Shown: in pieces, positions 1 to 8,720 of the stretch
Layout: every line of letters starts with the position of its first letter
Position numbering within the stretch: the stretch's first letter is position 1
IMG/VR virus record: IMGVR_UViG_3300037515_000764
DNA length: 20,000 nt
From: an uncultured virus (IMG/VR IMGVR_UViG_3300037515_000764)
Lineage: Duplodnaviria; Heunggongvirae; Uroviricota; Caudoviricetes
Direction: 5' to 3' (one strand)
Program-made: the position numbers and the translations under genes
The notes under the pieces: model-generated
The model's database searches: none
What the model was told of the DNA's origin: nothing
The model's input: only the letters and a program-made list of their open reading frames with translations

Positions 1-3000
1 TATATTCGGCAAATGCCAATGTTCCATCATCAGTAGTTTCGATTAGGTTAAGGAAACCGGCAATTGCACGTTGGTCGCCTAATGCCGAAAGTTGTTCGAT
101 AATTTCAACATCCGATAAACCTTCTTTTCTGAAATTTTCTAAGACAGGTATAAATTGAGACATAACATCTTCAAAGGATTTAGTATTGCCCTCCGCATCA
201 GTTAAGCCGATATTATATAAGTCTAAGAATTTTCTTGCTTCGTTAGTTGGATTAATCAACGAACTAAAAACAGAACGCAAAGCCGTACCTGCTCTAGCTC
301 CATCAATACCTCTATCAGCTAAGAAAGCAACAGCGGCGGAAACATCTTCTAGTGAAAATCCAGCAGCCGAAGCTATTGGTGCGACAAACGATAAAGCTTG
401 TCCAACTGATTCAATCGAACTTACCGAAATGTCAGCAGCACCCGTTAGCGTATTAACAATTTGGGTTGTATTTTCAACTTCTAAGCCGAAACCATTCATA
501 ATTTGAATAACAAGTTCAGACGTTGAACCAAGTTCTATTTGACCAGCAGTTGCTAAATCCAAAACATCTTTAAGAGCCAATTGAGAATCGGCAAGTGATA
601 AACCGGCTTTTTGTAGTTCTAGGAAACCAGCAGCGATTTCAACAGGAACAAAAGCAGAATTAGTTCCTAAATCCAAAATAGATTCTTCGATTAATTTAAT
701 TTCGCTAACTGTTGCTCCGCCGAACACTTGAATTTGTGAGATAAGAGCATCAAAATTAGCAAATTCATTTAACTGTTTGCCTTGTAGTAAACTAAATAGA
801 CCACCAGTCGCAATTAACTGTGTACCTAATCGAGAAATATCTCTACCAAAGTTTAGTAAATCTCTGCCTGTTTCTCTTAATCTTCTAGAAGCTTGAGTTG
901 TAAAGAAGCGTATTGCATCATCTAAACGCCCAAGCGTATTTTCAATTAAGAATTTGAACGGTTTTTCAAAGGCCGTCGTAAATGCTTCGGCTAATGTTTC
1001 GCCCAAACCGCCGAACAGTGTTGTAAAACCTAAAATCGTATCGGTAAAGCCAGTAGCAGTTAATCTTGCAATACTCGCCATAACTCTAGAAGGCGAAGCG
1101 ATTCCCAAAGTTTGTTTAACCGAATTTATAAAGGCGTTAGCTATATTTTTGCCGGAAGTTGCTAATTGTGTTCCTAAATCTTTAAACGAAAAACCGTCAG
1201 CTATTGATTGTCTGATTTGTTTAAATTCACCGACTAGAAAATCGAAATCTAAAGTTTTAGCAGTTTTGCGCAAACCTAATAGTTCGTCTTCTAGGCCGTC
1301 TAATTTTATTTTCTCTAGTTGCTTTAATGATACGACAGCCGTATCTGCTTTTCTAGAGAGTGCGTCAAAACCTCCGCCTAATTGCGGTTTAGTTATTTGT
1401 TCTATACTTATTGCAGTTTTTTGAGCACTTACTGAAACTTGTTTTAATTCTGTATTTGTTTCATCTAATTCCGAATTGAATCTGTCTACTGAAACACCGC
1501 GAAATGTAAAAGCATCAGAAGCAGATGTTTTGAATAGTAAGACCGTTTTTGTTAATTCTTTTAATTTCTGGTCGAAGTTTTCTAATTCTACAGTAGTTCC
1601 TTTTTCGAGAATATTAAAATCGAAGTTTTGTCCACCCAGAATATTTTTTACTCTATTCAAACCAGCAGTTAAAGCAGAAACTATTACATTTATAAAAGAA
1701 TCTTCGCCCGTGAAAAGACTTTTTATTTGTCTAGCTAAAAACTTAAAAGTTGTTATTAAACCCTGAAAAGCTAATTTCGCTGCTGGAATAACCAAACGAG
1801 TAAATGCAGTACCTAATGCTTTAGCAAAACCAGTTGCAAAGCTTAAAGCTATTTCAAAGTTACTTCGTGCAAAAGAACCTTTAGCAGACTTAGTTATAAC
1901 GTCAAAAATTCTCGGCAAATCTCTTTGTAAATCGTTGCCTATTTGACCTAAATTACCCGTTGAAAGTTTTTCTAATCTCTCTAAGGCTTTGGCTAAATTG
2001 TCGATACCAACAGAGAACTTTCTAAATTCATCTACATCTGGTATATCTTTTAATATTTTACTTATGCCAGAAACAAAGACTCTTAATGCGGGAATTAGTT
2101 TATTGTTAACATCTGCTGCAAATTTATTAATTGTAGATATTTGTACAGAACCACCAGTTCCAAAAATTCCAGAAAAGAGTTTTCCTATAAAGCTCGTTCT
2201 TTCGTTTCTATTAACCGTAGTAAAAGTATCTGTTTGGTCTGTAATTGTGGCAACAGATTGAATGAAACGGGGCAAGAAGTTTCCAAGTACCGATAGACTC
2301 TGTGAAACAGAATTCAATCTTTCCGGTGATATTTTAACAGACTCAAATGCGTTTATAGAATTCGCTAATTGTTGAAAAATTAGAGGGAGATTCTTAAGAG
2401 CACCTGTTATCTCCAAGGCTCTTTTGCCAAATAGAATAAATCTTTTTGCTCCCGTTGCAGAAACGGATTGCTCTAATATAGTAATAATATTAGGTAGTGT
2501 TTTAAAGAAAGTTCCCAGACCGGCAAATGTTTCACCGATTTCGCGTAAACCTCTTACATCAGGTATAGATTCAAATCTTTTAAGAGATTTAACTAATACT
2601 CTTATAACAGCATCGAAACCTTCGAAATCCTTAACGAAATCCCTAAAACCCGAAACTTCCAAATCGGCTTTTTTAGCTACATCTTGAAATTTTCTGAAAG
2701 TTTCTATTATTTTAGAAATAGCCGTTAAAGCTTCTGCTGAATTTCTGATAACTTGAGTATCTGCAATTTTATCAAAGCTGGCAAGAGACGAAGCTAATAT
2801 CGGAACTACTTTTTGCATCTCTTTTGCTATCATTGAAACAAAAACTAATGCCTCACCAAAACCTTGATTGAAATCACTACTTATTTCATTTTTAATTCCC
2901 TTTGATAACTCGAAAAAAGAATTAAAGAAACCACTAAACGAATTTAAGAACTGAGATAAATTTCTGAATAAATCTTCTCTGCCAATAACAGATAATCTAT

Positions 3001-3310
3001 TGATTGAATCTACAATTGCATCGGCAAATTTTGTTAAGCCAGAAAAATCTTCGGTATTAAATTTAGTAAAGTTTTTTAAATCGATATCGAAAGAATTAAA
3101 TAAGTTTTTAAAATTAGTTGTAGCGACACTAGAAATCTTTGAAATTCTTGCTAATTTTTGTTCAAAAGCATCGAAAGCCTTATCTGCTCTCTGTAAAGTC
3201 CCATCTAAGTTTGCAATTAAAGGTTCCAATTTTTCAACTTGGTCTATAAATTCAGTTAGACCAGTTATACGAATCTCAAAACCACCTGATGCAGTTGGGT
3301 TATCTGCCAT
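1..3310 (-). CDS. Tail tape measure protein, TP901 family (3' end truncated by window edge)
   Basis: ATG at 3310 with SD AAGGAGGT at 3316-3323, reading MADNPTASGGFEIRITGL. The same frame near the window start reads ...GQALSFVAPIASAAGFSLEDVSAAVAFLADRGIDGARAGTALRSVFSSLINPTNEA..., the typical PhageMin_Tail/TP901 core. Both ends were translated by hand; the middle was not checked codon by codon, but the six + strand shadow ORFs all share one frame, consistent with one long ORF. Not in the ORF track because there is no stop in the window. Confidence 0.93.
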   Translation of the reverse strand, partial: MADNPTASGGFEIRITGLTEFIDQVEKLEPLIANLDGTLQRADKAFDAFEQKLARISKISSVATTNFKNLFNSFDIDLKNFTKFNTEDFSGLTKFADAIVDSINRLSVIGREDLFRNLSQFLNSFSGFFNSFFELSKGIKNEISSDFNQGFGEALVFVSMIAKEMQKVVPILASSLASFDKIADTQVIRNSAEALTAISKIIETFRKFQDVAKKADLEVSGFRDFVKDFEGFDAVIRVLVKSLKRFESIPDVRGLREIGETFAGLGTFFKTLPNIITILEQSVSATGAKRFILFGKRALEITGALKNLPLIFQQLANSINAFESVKISPERLNSVSQSLSVLGNFLPRFIQSVATITDQTDTFTTVNRNERTSFIGKLFSGIFGTGGSVQISTINKFAADVNNKLIPALRVFVSGISKILKDIPDVDEFRKFSVGIDNLAKALERLEKLSTGNLGQIGNDLQRDLPRIFDVITKSAKGSFARSNFEIALSFATGFAKALGTAFTRLVIPAAKLAFQGLITTFKFLARQIKSLFTGEDSFINVIVSALTAGLNRVKNILGGQNFDFNILEKGTTVELENFDQKLKELTKTVLLFKTSASDAFTFRGVSVDRFNSELDETNTELKQVSVSAQKTAISIEQITKPQLGGGFDALSRKADTAVVSLKQLEKIKLDGLEDELLGLRKTAKTLDFDFLVGEFKQIRQSIADGFSFKDLGTQLATSGKNIANAFINSVKQTLGIASPSRVMASIARLTATGFTDTILGFTTLFGGLGETLAEAFTTAFEKPFKFLIENTLGRLDDAIRFFTTQASRRLRETGRDLLNFGRDISRLGTQLIATGGLFSLLQGKQLNEFANFDALISQIQVFGGATVSEIKLIEESILDLGTNSAFVPVEIAAGFLELQKAGLSLADSQLALKDVLDLATAGQIELGSTSELVIQIMNGFGLEVENTTQIVNTLTGAADISVSSIESVGQALSFVAPIASAAGFSLEDVSAAVAFLADRGIDGARAGTALRSVFSSLINPTNEARKFLDLYNIGLTDAEGNTKSFEDVMSQFIPVLENFRKEGLSDVEIIEQLSALGDQRAIAGFLNLIETTDDGTLAFAEY

Positions 3311-3315
3311 ATTTT

Positions 3316-3323
3316 ACCTCCTT
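3316..3323 (-). promoter_or_regulatory. Shine-Dalgarno site of tape measure gene
   Basis: AAGGAGGT 5 nt upstream of the ATG at 3310. Confidence 0.85.
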
Positions 3324-3325
3324 CC

Positions 3326-3874
3326 TTATTTGATAATACTAACAGTTATGTTAGTCAAACCAGCAATACCGTTCTGTTGCAAATCACTATTTATTTCGTC
3401 TTGGACAACCTGAGTGAAATTACGTGCTTTCATACCTTTTCTTGTTTGTCCGGCACGTATCCACGTTGTAGCTTGAACTTCACCAGCAGGTTTAATATTA
3501 AAAGTACCAGAAGATGTTCTATCCGGTTTCCGAATATCAAAATAGGGTGAATTCTTTGTGAAAACAGTATCACTAGTGCCTTCGTCTAACCATTTATAAA
3601 GTCTATGAGGGTCTTTAGTTCCAGCAACCACAACGGCAAATTTAATTACGATTTCTATTTGTTTTCCGACAATTTTAAAGTCGAAATCTAAATCTAATTC
3701 TGGTTCGCCGAATTGTTCTTTATTTACTATTTGAAATATCTCTGAATAAAAACCCTCAAAACGACTTTTCAAGTTTCTTCTGATAGTTTCTTTTTGTTCT
3801 TCATTTAGAGAAGCAACAACAAATCTATCTTTTATTTTCCTAAAACTGCTAAGAATACTTTTATATTTAGCCAC
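3326..3874 (-). CDS. Putative tail completion/neck protein, HK97 gp10-like
   Basis: Basic 182 aa protein with LYKWLDEGT ... GMKARNF, resembling the Y-x-x-x-E-x-GT ... G-x-x-A-R-P-F pattern of gp10-like proteins; lies in the tail module. Confidence 0.5.
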   Translation of the reverse strand: MAKYKSILSSFRKIKDRFVVASLNEEQKETIRRNLKSRFEGFYSEIFQIVNKEQFGEPELDLDFDFKIVGKQIEIVIKFAVVVAGTKDPHRLYKWLDEGTSDTVFTKNSPYFDIRKPDRTSSGTFNIKPAGEVQATTWIRAGQTRKGMKARNFTQVVQDEINSDLQQNGIAGLTNITVSIIK

Positions 3875-4235
3875 TATTCTTAGCCTTTCTTACTTCTTCT
3901 TTTTGCAATTGCGCGTGTCTATCTAAAATTGATAACATATTCTTAATTTGATAAATAGTTACCCATTTAGCTTGTTCCTCTAAAGATAGACTATCCCAAA
4001 TTTCTGTTAAATTCATATCCAAAGCCGCCCTTAGAACAACATATTCAGTCGGGGATTTTGTTATTTTAACATCGCCAAAAAGTTTGGCTGTATATTCAGG
4101 GCTATGAGAGGCGAAATACATAACAGCATCGTAACGAGTTTTTAAATCATATTCGTCGTAAGCATACTCGACTGTTGGCTGTAAACGCCTCATCCAAATC
4201 ATCATCCAATCGTTAAGACTGAAAGTTGTTATCAT
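3867..4235 (-). CDS. Putative tail assembly chaperone, C-terminal (T-like) part
   Basis: Overlaps the upstream ORF by 23 nt and has no convincing SD. Helical, with LTEIWDSLSLEEQ resembling GT-type C-terminal domains; lies between tail tube and tape measure. Confidence 0.5.
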   Translation of the reverse strand: MITTFSLNDWMMIWMRRLQPTVEYAYDEYDLKTRYDAVMYFASHSPEYTAKLFGDVKITKSPTEYVVLRAALDMNLTEIWDSLSLEEQAKWVTIYQIKNMLSILDRHAQLQKEEVRKAKNSG

Positions 4236-4827
4236 CTACGCTATCAAGCGCCCCTGCTAAAATCTTGCTAAAAAGCTGAGAAGCTAATAACTGTATTTCA
4301 TTTCCAAATTGGGGGTTGTCATTGGTTAGTGTTTCAATAACTGCTAATTTGCGTTCAAGTGGGTGGAATCTATTTAAACTTGGAAGAGGGGGTAAAAGAT
4401 TTTCAATTCTTCGCGAATTAGCCTGTTTTCTATCCCAAAAATTATCAGGGATTTTAACTTCTATTTCTTCGTTTGTAAATTCTATACTTTTTGATTTAAA
4501 ATTAGAATTTAAAAGTGCAAGAATAAAAGCTTGACCTCGTGTTTCGCGTTCAAATCTTTCGTGTTCGTTTCTAACAATAGTTATTAAACCATCGACAAGT
4601 TCTTCTGTAGCTGCGGGGGATTCATCGGCTAAACCGTTCTCTTTGGCATAGGCCGCTAAAAGTATAACGTCTCGGTGTGCAGCATTAATGTTTGAGGTGA
4701 TATCTCTTGAGGAAAGTAGTGCATCTGAAAAATCTGTGAATAATTTTCCAGTCTTTTCATTCAGAGATAAGATTAATGACCCTCCTCCATCAAGTACCAA
4801 TTCCTTTTTGATATTTATGGAAGCCAT
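4213..4827 (-). CDS. Putative tail assembly chaperone (G-like)
   Basis: 204 aa ORF with SD AAGGAGA, directly downstream of the tail tube gene; assignment is by synteny. Confidence 0.5.
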   Translation of the reverse strand: MASINIKKELVLDGGGSLILSLNEKTGKLFTDFSDALLSSRDITSNINAAHRDVILLAAYAKENGLADESPAATEELVDGLITIVRNEHERFERETRGQAFILALLNSNFKSKSIEFTNEEIEVKIPDNFWDRKQANSRRIENLLPPLPSLNRFHPLERKLAVIETLTNDNPQFGNEIQLLASQLFSKILAGALDSVDDNNFQS

Positions 4828-4850
4828 TAAAAATTTCTCCTTGTTAGTTT

Positions 4851-4870
4851 GCCCCGCTTTTACACGGGGC
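4851..4870 (-). other. GC-rich RNA hairpin after tail tube gene (terminator-like, but no U-tract)
   Basis: GCCCCG-TGTAAAAG-CGGGGC inverted repeat in an AT-rich intergenic gap; followed by AAACTAAC rather than poly-U. Confidence 0.6.
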
Positions 4871-4887
4871 TATTAGTTAATTAATTA

Positions 4888-6354
4888 TTAAGCGTTGGGG
4901 AATCTTGGTGAAGCAATAACGAGTTCGCCTGCATCAGTACCGGCAACAATCCAAAAACGTTGCAAAGAGGTATCAATGCCTTGAATGTCTGTGTAATCAC
5001 CTGCAATAGTCGTTGAACCATCACGGGCAACAACTTCTTTCCATTGTCGCGAAGAACAAGGGTCGGAACGGTAAATAGAACTACCAATAGCGGCATAAAC
5101 TTCATAAGCATCACCTGCAAGGTAAGTATCGCCAGAAGCAGGCAACAGACGGTCACTCCAAATTGAGAAATCATCTGATTCAGTATAGAAGTTAACACCA
5201 GCAACAGCAACCCAATTATCGCGGCTATGAATGTCAGTAATAGCTTGAGCAGCAGCAGTTGAAACACTAGCAGTAATATCAATAATAACTTGGATATTGC
5301 TGTTGTAAGTTAAAACTACACCCGCACCGCCATCAACACCACCAATTAAGAAGATACTTTGGTCTTCAAAATATTCGATAGTATAGAAATCAGCAGTAGC
5401 TGCAACAGTATTTGATACAGCAGTGAAAGAAGCAAGCGTATTACTTTGAGCAATATTACCGTCAGAACCAACAGCAACATAAGTACCACCTGCAAAAGCC
5501 ACATCAAAGAAAGCTTCAACGGGAGCATTGCCAGCGGTTGAAAGGTCGGTAAATGTAGTACCAGCATCAGCCGAAACAGCAATACCACCAGTTGTAGCGG
5601 TAGCGGGGTCTACATCATCAGCATAAGTAATAACAATGTTGTTACCATTAACTAAAATATCAGTAACGATTGACAAAGCAGGCAATGTTGGTGACAAATC
5701 TGTACCGCTAACGAAACGGTCAGTCGTAATTTCTAAGTTAAGAGCTTCCCCGCCATAATAGCCGTCCAAGAATCGAACGGAAGTACAACCAACACATTCT
5801 TCTTCTGCCCAAGCAACTGCATGAACGGCATCTTCATTAGTTTGAGCTAAAACGAAATCTGTGTAGTAGTAAGTTAAATCTTGGCCTGTTGCCGAAAGGG
5901 TCGTTTGGGCTGTTAATGGAGTACCACCACCGTCAGCACCTTCAACAAAAGTACCTTGACGTTGCAAAGAACCTACCGTAAAATCGGGAATTCTAACAAA
6001 GTGATTATATTCGGTACGTTGCGGACACAGATAACAAAGAATCAAATCGCGTCTACATTCGCTTTCGGATAAAACCTGAATTTCATTCCAAAGCGTATAA
6101 CCTTGCGGAATTGTTAATGTCCAGTCAACCTTTTGCACTCTTGCGCCACGCAATGTAATTGTAACAGGTACGAGTTGACCGCCTCTAAATTCGACGCAAT
6201 TAACTTCGATTGGGTCTGATAACGTATAATCTGCATCAGAAAGGGTATAACAGCGCAAATCAATTAAGTCGTCATATGAATGTTCAGCACTCATTAACAT
6301 ATGATAACTAAAAGTGTGAAGCGCCGGCCCCCATAATTTTTGAGTTTTTGCCAT
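4888..6354 (-). CDS. Putative major tail (tube) protein with C-terminal beta-propeller
   Basis: SD AGGAGG and a position before the chaperone pair and tape measure. N-terminal ~165 aa is beta-rich; C-terminal part has an Asp-box (SADAGTTF) and a blade motif (YVAVGSDGNIAQS). Confidence 0.6.
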   Translation of the reverse strand: MAKTQKLWGPALHTFSYHMLMSAEHSYDDLIDLRCYTLSDADYTLSDPIEVNCVEFRGGQLVPVTITLRGARVQKVDWTLTIPQGYTLWNEIQVLSESECRRDLILCYLCPQRTEYNHFVRIPDFTVGSLQRQGTFVEGADGGGTPLTAQTTLSATGQDLTYYYTDFVLAQTNEDAVHAVAWAEEECVGCTSVRFLDGYYGGEALNLEITTDRFVSGTDLSPTLPALSIVTDILVNGNNIVITYADDVDPATATTGGIAVSADAGTTFTDLSTAGNAPVEAFFDVAFAGGTYVAVGSDGNIAQSNTLASFTAVSNTVAATADFYTIEYFEDQSIFLIGGVDGGAGVVLTYNSNIQVIIDITASVSTAAAQAITDIHSRDNWVAVAGVNFYTESDDFSIWSDRLLPASGDTYLAGDAYEVYAAIGSSIYRSDPCSSRQWKEVVARDGSTTIAGDYTDIQGIDTSLQRFWIVAGTDAGELVIASPRFPNA

Positions 6355-6367
6355 TTCTTAAATCCTC

Positions 6368-6706
6368 CTAAAATTTAATATAAGTTGCTAATTTGCTTAA
6401 AACTCTTTGCGAGATATTTTTTACTAGGCGCGGATTATCTTCTAAATCTTCTAACGAAAAGAAACCGTTTTCCCAATAAATATTATTTAAAAGACCTTTA
6501 TCGAAACCAGCGAAGAAATCTGATACCTTGGGTAGCAACTTATATTCTTCTGAATAAAAATCTCTTTTTCCTTTTGGAGCTAATCTCAAATCTCCATTAT
6601 ATTCTACAACATCAGTTGTTTTATAGTTAGCTAAAAAAGAAGCTCTAACATCATGTTTCTTTTTTTCTTTAACTACTTCTTTTAACTCTTTTACTTCTTC
6701 TTCCAT
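6368..6706 (-). CDS. Hypothetical phage protein (neck/tail region)
   Basis: 112 aa ORF coupled by a TAATG overlap to the upstream gene, with GGAGG upstream. Confidence 0.75.
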   Translation of the reverse strand: MEEEVKELKEVVKEKKKHDVRASFLANYKTTDVVEYNGDLRLAPKGKRDFYSEEYKLLPKVSDFFAGFDKGLLNNIYWENGFFSLEDLEDNPRLVKNISQRVLSKLATYIKF

Positions 6707-7944
6707 TAGAAAGCGTAGCCTCCATCTATAATTCTTAAATTACGTATCGCATCCCAAGCCATAATAGCGCCTCTTCTAAAACCCCATCTATATGTGTTTT
6801 GCATATTGGAGGTCATAAAAACAGCCTCTTCGTTATTAACCATGCCAATATTTGGTTGTCTATAAAAGTGTAGCGGACTACATTTACAGGAACAATTTTC
6901 ACATGGTAATAAGGAAGCAGCCAACCAAGAAATTATTTGAGCACATCTAAAATTCATTCTACCGTTAGATTGTCTTGGACAACCTGCAATATAATTAATT
7001 GTTAATGTTTTATTTGTACAACATGAGCAGGTTCCACAACCACAACAATCAAATGTGTCTGTTTCTTCATCTAATGTCGCAATTCTGGTCTCAATTAAAC
7101 TTAATTTTTTGTTAATCGTATTTGCGCAAAAAGATTCTTGGGAAACAGTACAGCAGCCATTATCACATTGATATGAACCTGTATTAGTCGTATTTAAAGT
7201 TTTAGTGTAAATAGTAAAACGAGTTTCATAAAAATCTAAATCTGTTAGCTCTAAAGCACTCGGATTAGGTATTGTAACTTCATCTGCTTTTACAATTAAA
7301 AAAGATTTTCCACATATATTAATTTGGGTATCATCATTTATAAGTGTTGCCGTTATCGGCTTAACTTCCCATTCGAGACATTCATCATTCTGACAATTAT
7401 TTTGAACATCAGGGTGGTAAACTAAAACTATTTCATTAGGTAAAGTTCCACTTGGCAAATCGCCTACATCAATTACTAAATTAAATTCAGAAAGCGGGTC
7501 TATATCAACTGGCAATAAATTAACTTCATTTATTACTCTAGTATAAGTATAAGTTCCTAAACTCTGAATATATTTTCCGCCTAAAGCCACTCTATGAGCG
7601 CAGTTGTGACTATAATATTGTTTACTACTATAGCCACTTCCACGTAAGTAATCTCTAAGAATAAATTCTTCTGTAATTTCTCTTGGAGCGGGATAATAGC
7701 CCGTCTCTTCATAGAACATATGTTCTGCCTGATGAATGGCCCGTTGAATATCGTCTCTAGCTAACTCTTGATTTTGCCAAAGATATTCGTAAAAAACTTC
7801 ATCACATTCGTTATCATCAGAAAAGATTGGATTGGTATCTGAAGGGTCAACAGAACTTAATTGATGTAGTTGAAAAGGGTTTAAACCGATTATATGCGCA
7901 AATTCAGTTAATGTTAATAAATTGTCACAATAATGGTTAAGCAT
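6706..7944 (-). CDS. Cys-rich putative head-tail connector/adaptor
   Basis: N-terminal LTLTEFAHIIG ... IQRAIHQAEHMFYEETGY and later TINYIAG resemble gp6/gp15-type adaptors; lies after the major capsid gene; 22 Cys by hand count. Confidence 0.6.
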   Translation of the reverse strand: MLNHYCDNLLTLTEFAHIIGLNPFQLHQLSSVDPSDTNPIFSDDNECDEVFYEYLWQNQELARDDIQRAIHQAEHMFYEETGYYPAPREITEEFILRDYLRGSGYSSKQYYSHNCAHRVALGGKYIQSLGTYTYTRVINEVNLLPVDIDPLSEFNLVIDVGDLPSGTLPNEIVLVYHPDVQNNCQNDECLEWEVKPITATLINDDTQINICGKSFLIVKADEVTIPNPSALELTDLDFYETRFTIYTKTLNTTNTGSYQCDNGCCTVSQESFCANTINKKLSLIETRIATLDEETDTFDCCGCGTCSCCTNKTLTINYIAGCPRQSNGRMNFRCAQIISWLAASLLPCENCSCKCSPLHFYRQPNIGMVNNEEAVFMTSNMQNTYRWGFRRGAIMAWDAIRNLRIIDGGYAF

Positions 7945-8258
7945 TAATCTAAAGCTTTCTCTTTAAGTATTAGCGAAAGGCCAGCAATAGATGTGATAAA
8001 AAGAATTTTTTCGAAGATATTTTCACCAAGATAAAAGCCAAAGGGAATCGAAACCCAAACTGAATTGCAATAAAAACAGTTAAAGATTTCAGAAAATCCT
8101 TTGTATTTAACGACTGGTAAACCTGCTGGTGTTTCTGCACCTACTAAAATTCTAATCTTTTGAGACAGGTGTAAAAAACCATCTTCATAAACTAATAAGT
8201 AAGAAATTCTAAAAACAGCAAACGAACTAAGTATGACGTATAAGAAGTTCTCTAGCAT
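7944..8258 (-). CDS. DUF1360-like membrane protein with CxxC
   Basis: AVFRISYLLVYEDG ... EIFNCFYCNSVWVS matches the DUF1360 pattern; several hydrophobic segments. Confidence 0.75.
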   Translation of the reverse strand: MLENFLYVILSSFAVFRISYLLVYEDGFLHLSQKIRILVGAETPAGLPVVKYKGFSEIFNCFYCNSVWVSIPFGFYLGENIFEKILFITSIAGLSLILKEKALD

Positions 8259-8718
8259 TTTCTATTAACCTTTCTGCAGATTTTTTTGAAAGAAAATCAA
8301 AATTCTCTGCAAGAAATTCAACACCAACTTTAATAACATCTGTTAAACTTTTGATATTTTTTTCCGAAAGTGCAACGGCTCTAGTCTCTCCAATGCCATC
8401 TAGTTTAGAAAGTTCGTCTAAGATTTCACTAATATCTTTTTCATTTTCGAATTCTAATTGCTTTTCGGCGATTCTGAAAAAATAATAACGTTCATAATCT
8501 TCGTAAGAAACTTGTAATGTATCGCCTCGCGAAAAATATCCGTAAGCATGATTATTAGAACCAACTACTTGAACTCTACGGGTGTGATTCGGTTGGAAAA
8601 CTACAGTGACAGTTTCTTTATCTTCTAAACTAGTTAATATCTGTTCCTCTTTCTCTTTAGCTTTTCGCGCAGCTTCTTCTCTCATTTTTCTTTTTTGAGC
8701 ACATTTATTGCAACCCAT
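8227..8718 (-). CDS. Helix-hairpin-helix domain protein with N-terminal CxxC
   Basis: LSKLDGIGETRAVAL is an HhH motif; starts MGCNKC; immediately follows the major capsid gene. Confidence 0.7.
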   Translation of the reverse strand: MGCNKCAQKRKMREEAARKAKEKEEQILTSLEDKETVTVVFQPNHTRRVQVVGSNNHAYGYFSRGDTLQVSYEDYERYYFFRIAEKQLEFENEKDISEILDELSKLDGIGETRAVALSEKNIKSLTDVIKVGVEFLAENFDFLSKKSAERLIENARELLIRHT

Positions 8719-8720
8719 TT

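Noticed and set aside
186..3413. Six + strand ORFs (186, 954, 1476, 1989, 2424, 3000)
   Set aside because: All lie in one frame antisense to the tape measure gene, are Ser/Lys/Pro-rich and lack recognisable motifs; they are shadow ORFs.
4881..5588. Leu-rich minus-strand ORFs 4881..5282 and 5346..5588 that look like membrane proteins
   Set aside because: Alternative frame inside the tail tube gene; the Leu/Val bias comes from T-ending codons of the real gene.
6659..6665. A AAA AAG heptamer early in the 112 aa ORF
   Set aside because: The -1 frame stops within a few codons; expected by chance in a Lys/Glu-rich stretch.
8281..8287. A7 run near the end of the HhH gene, possible fusion to the DUF1360-like gene
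   Set aside because: The downstream gene is in the +1 frame, not -1, and has its own ATG.
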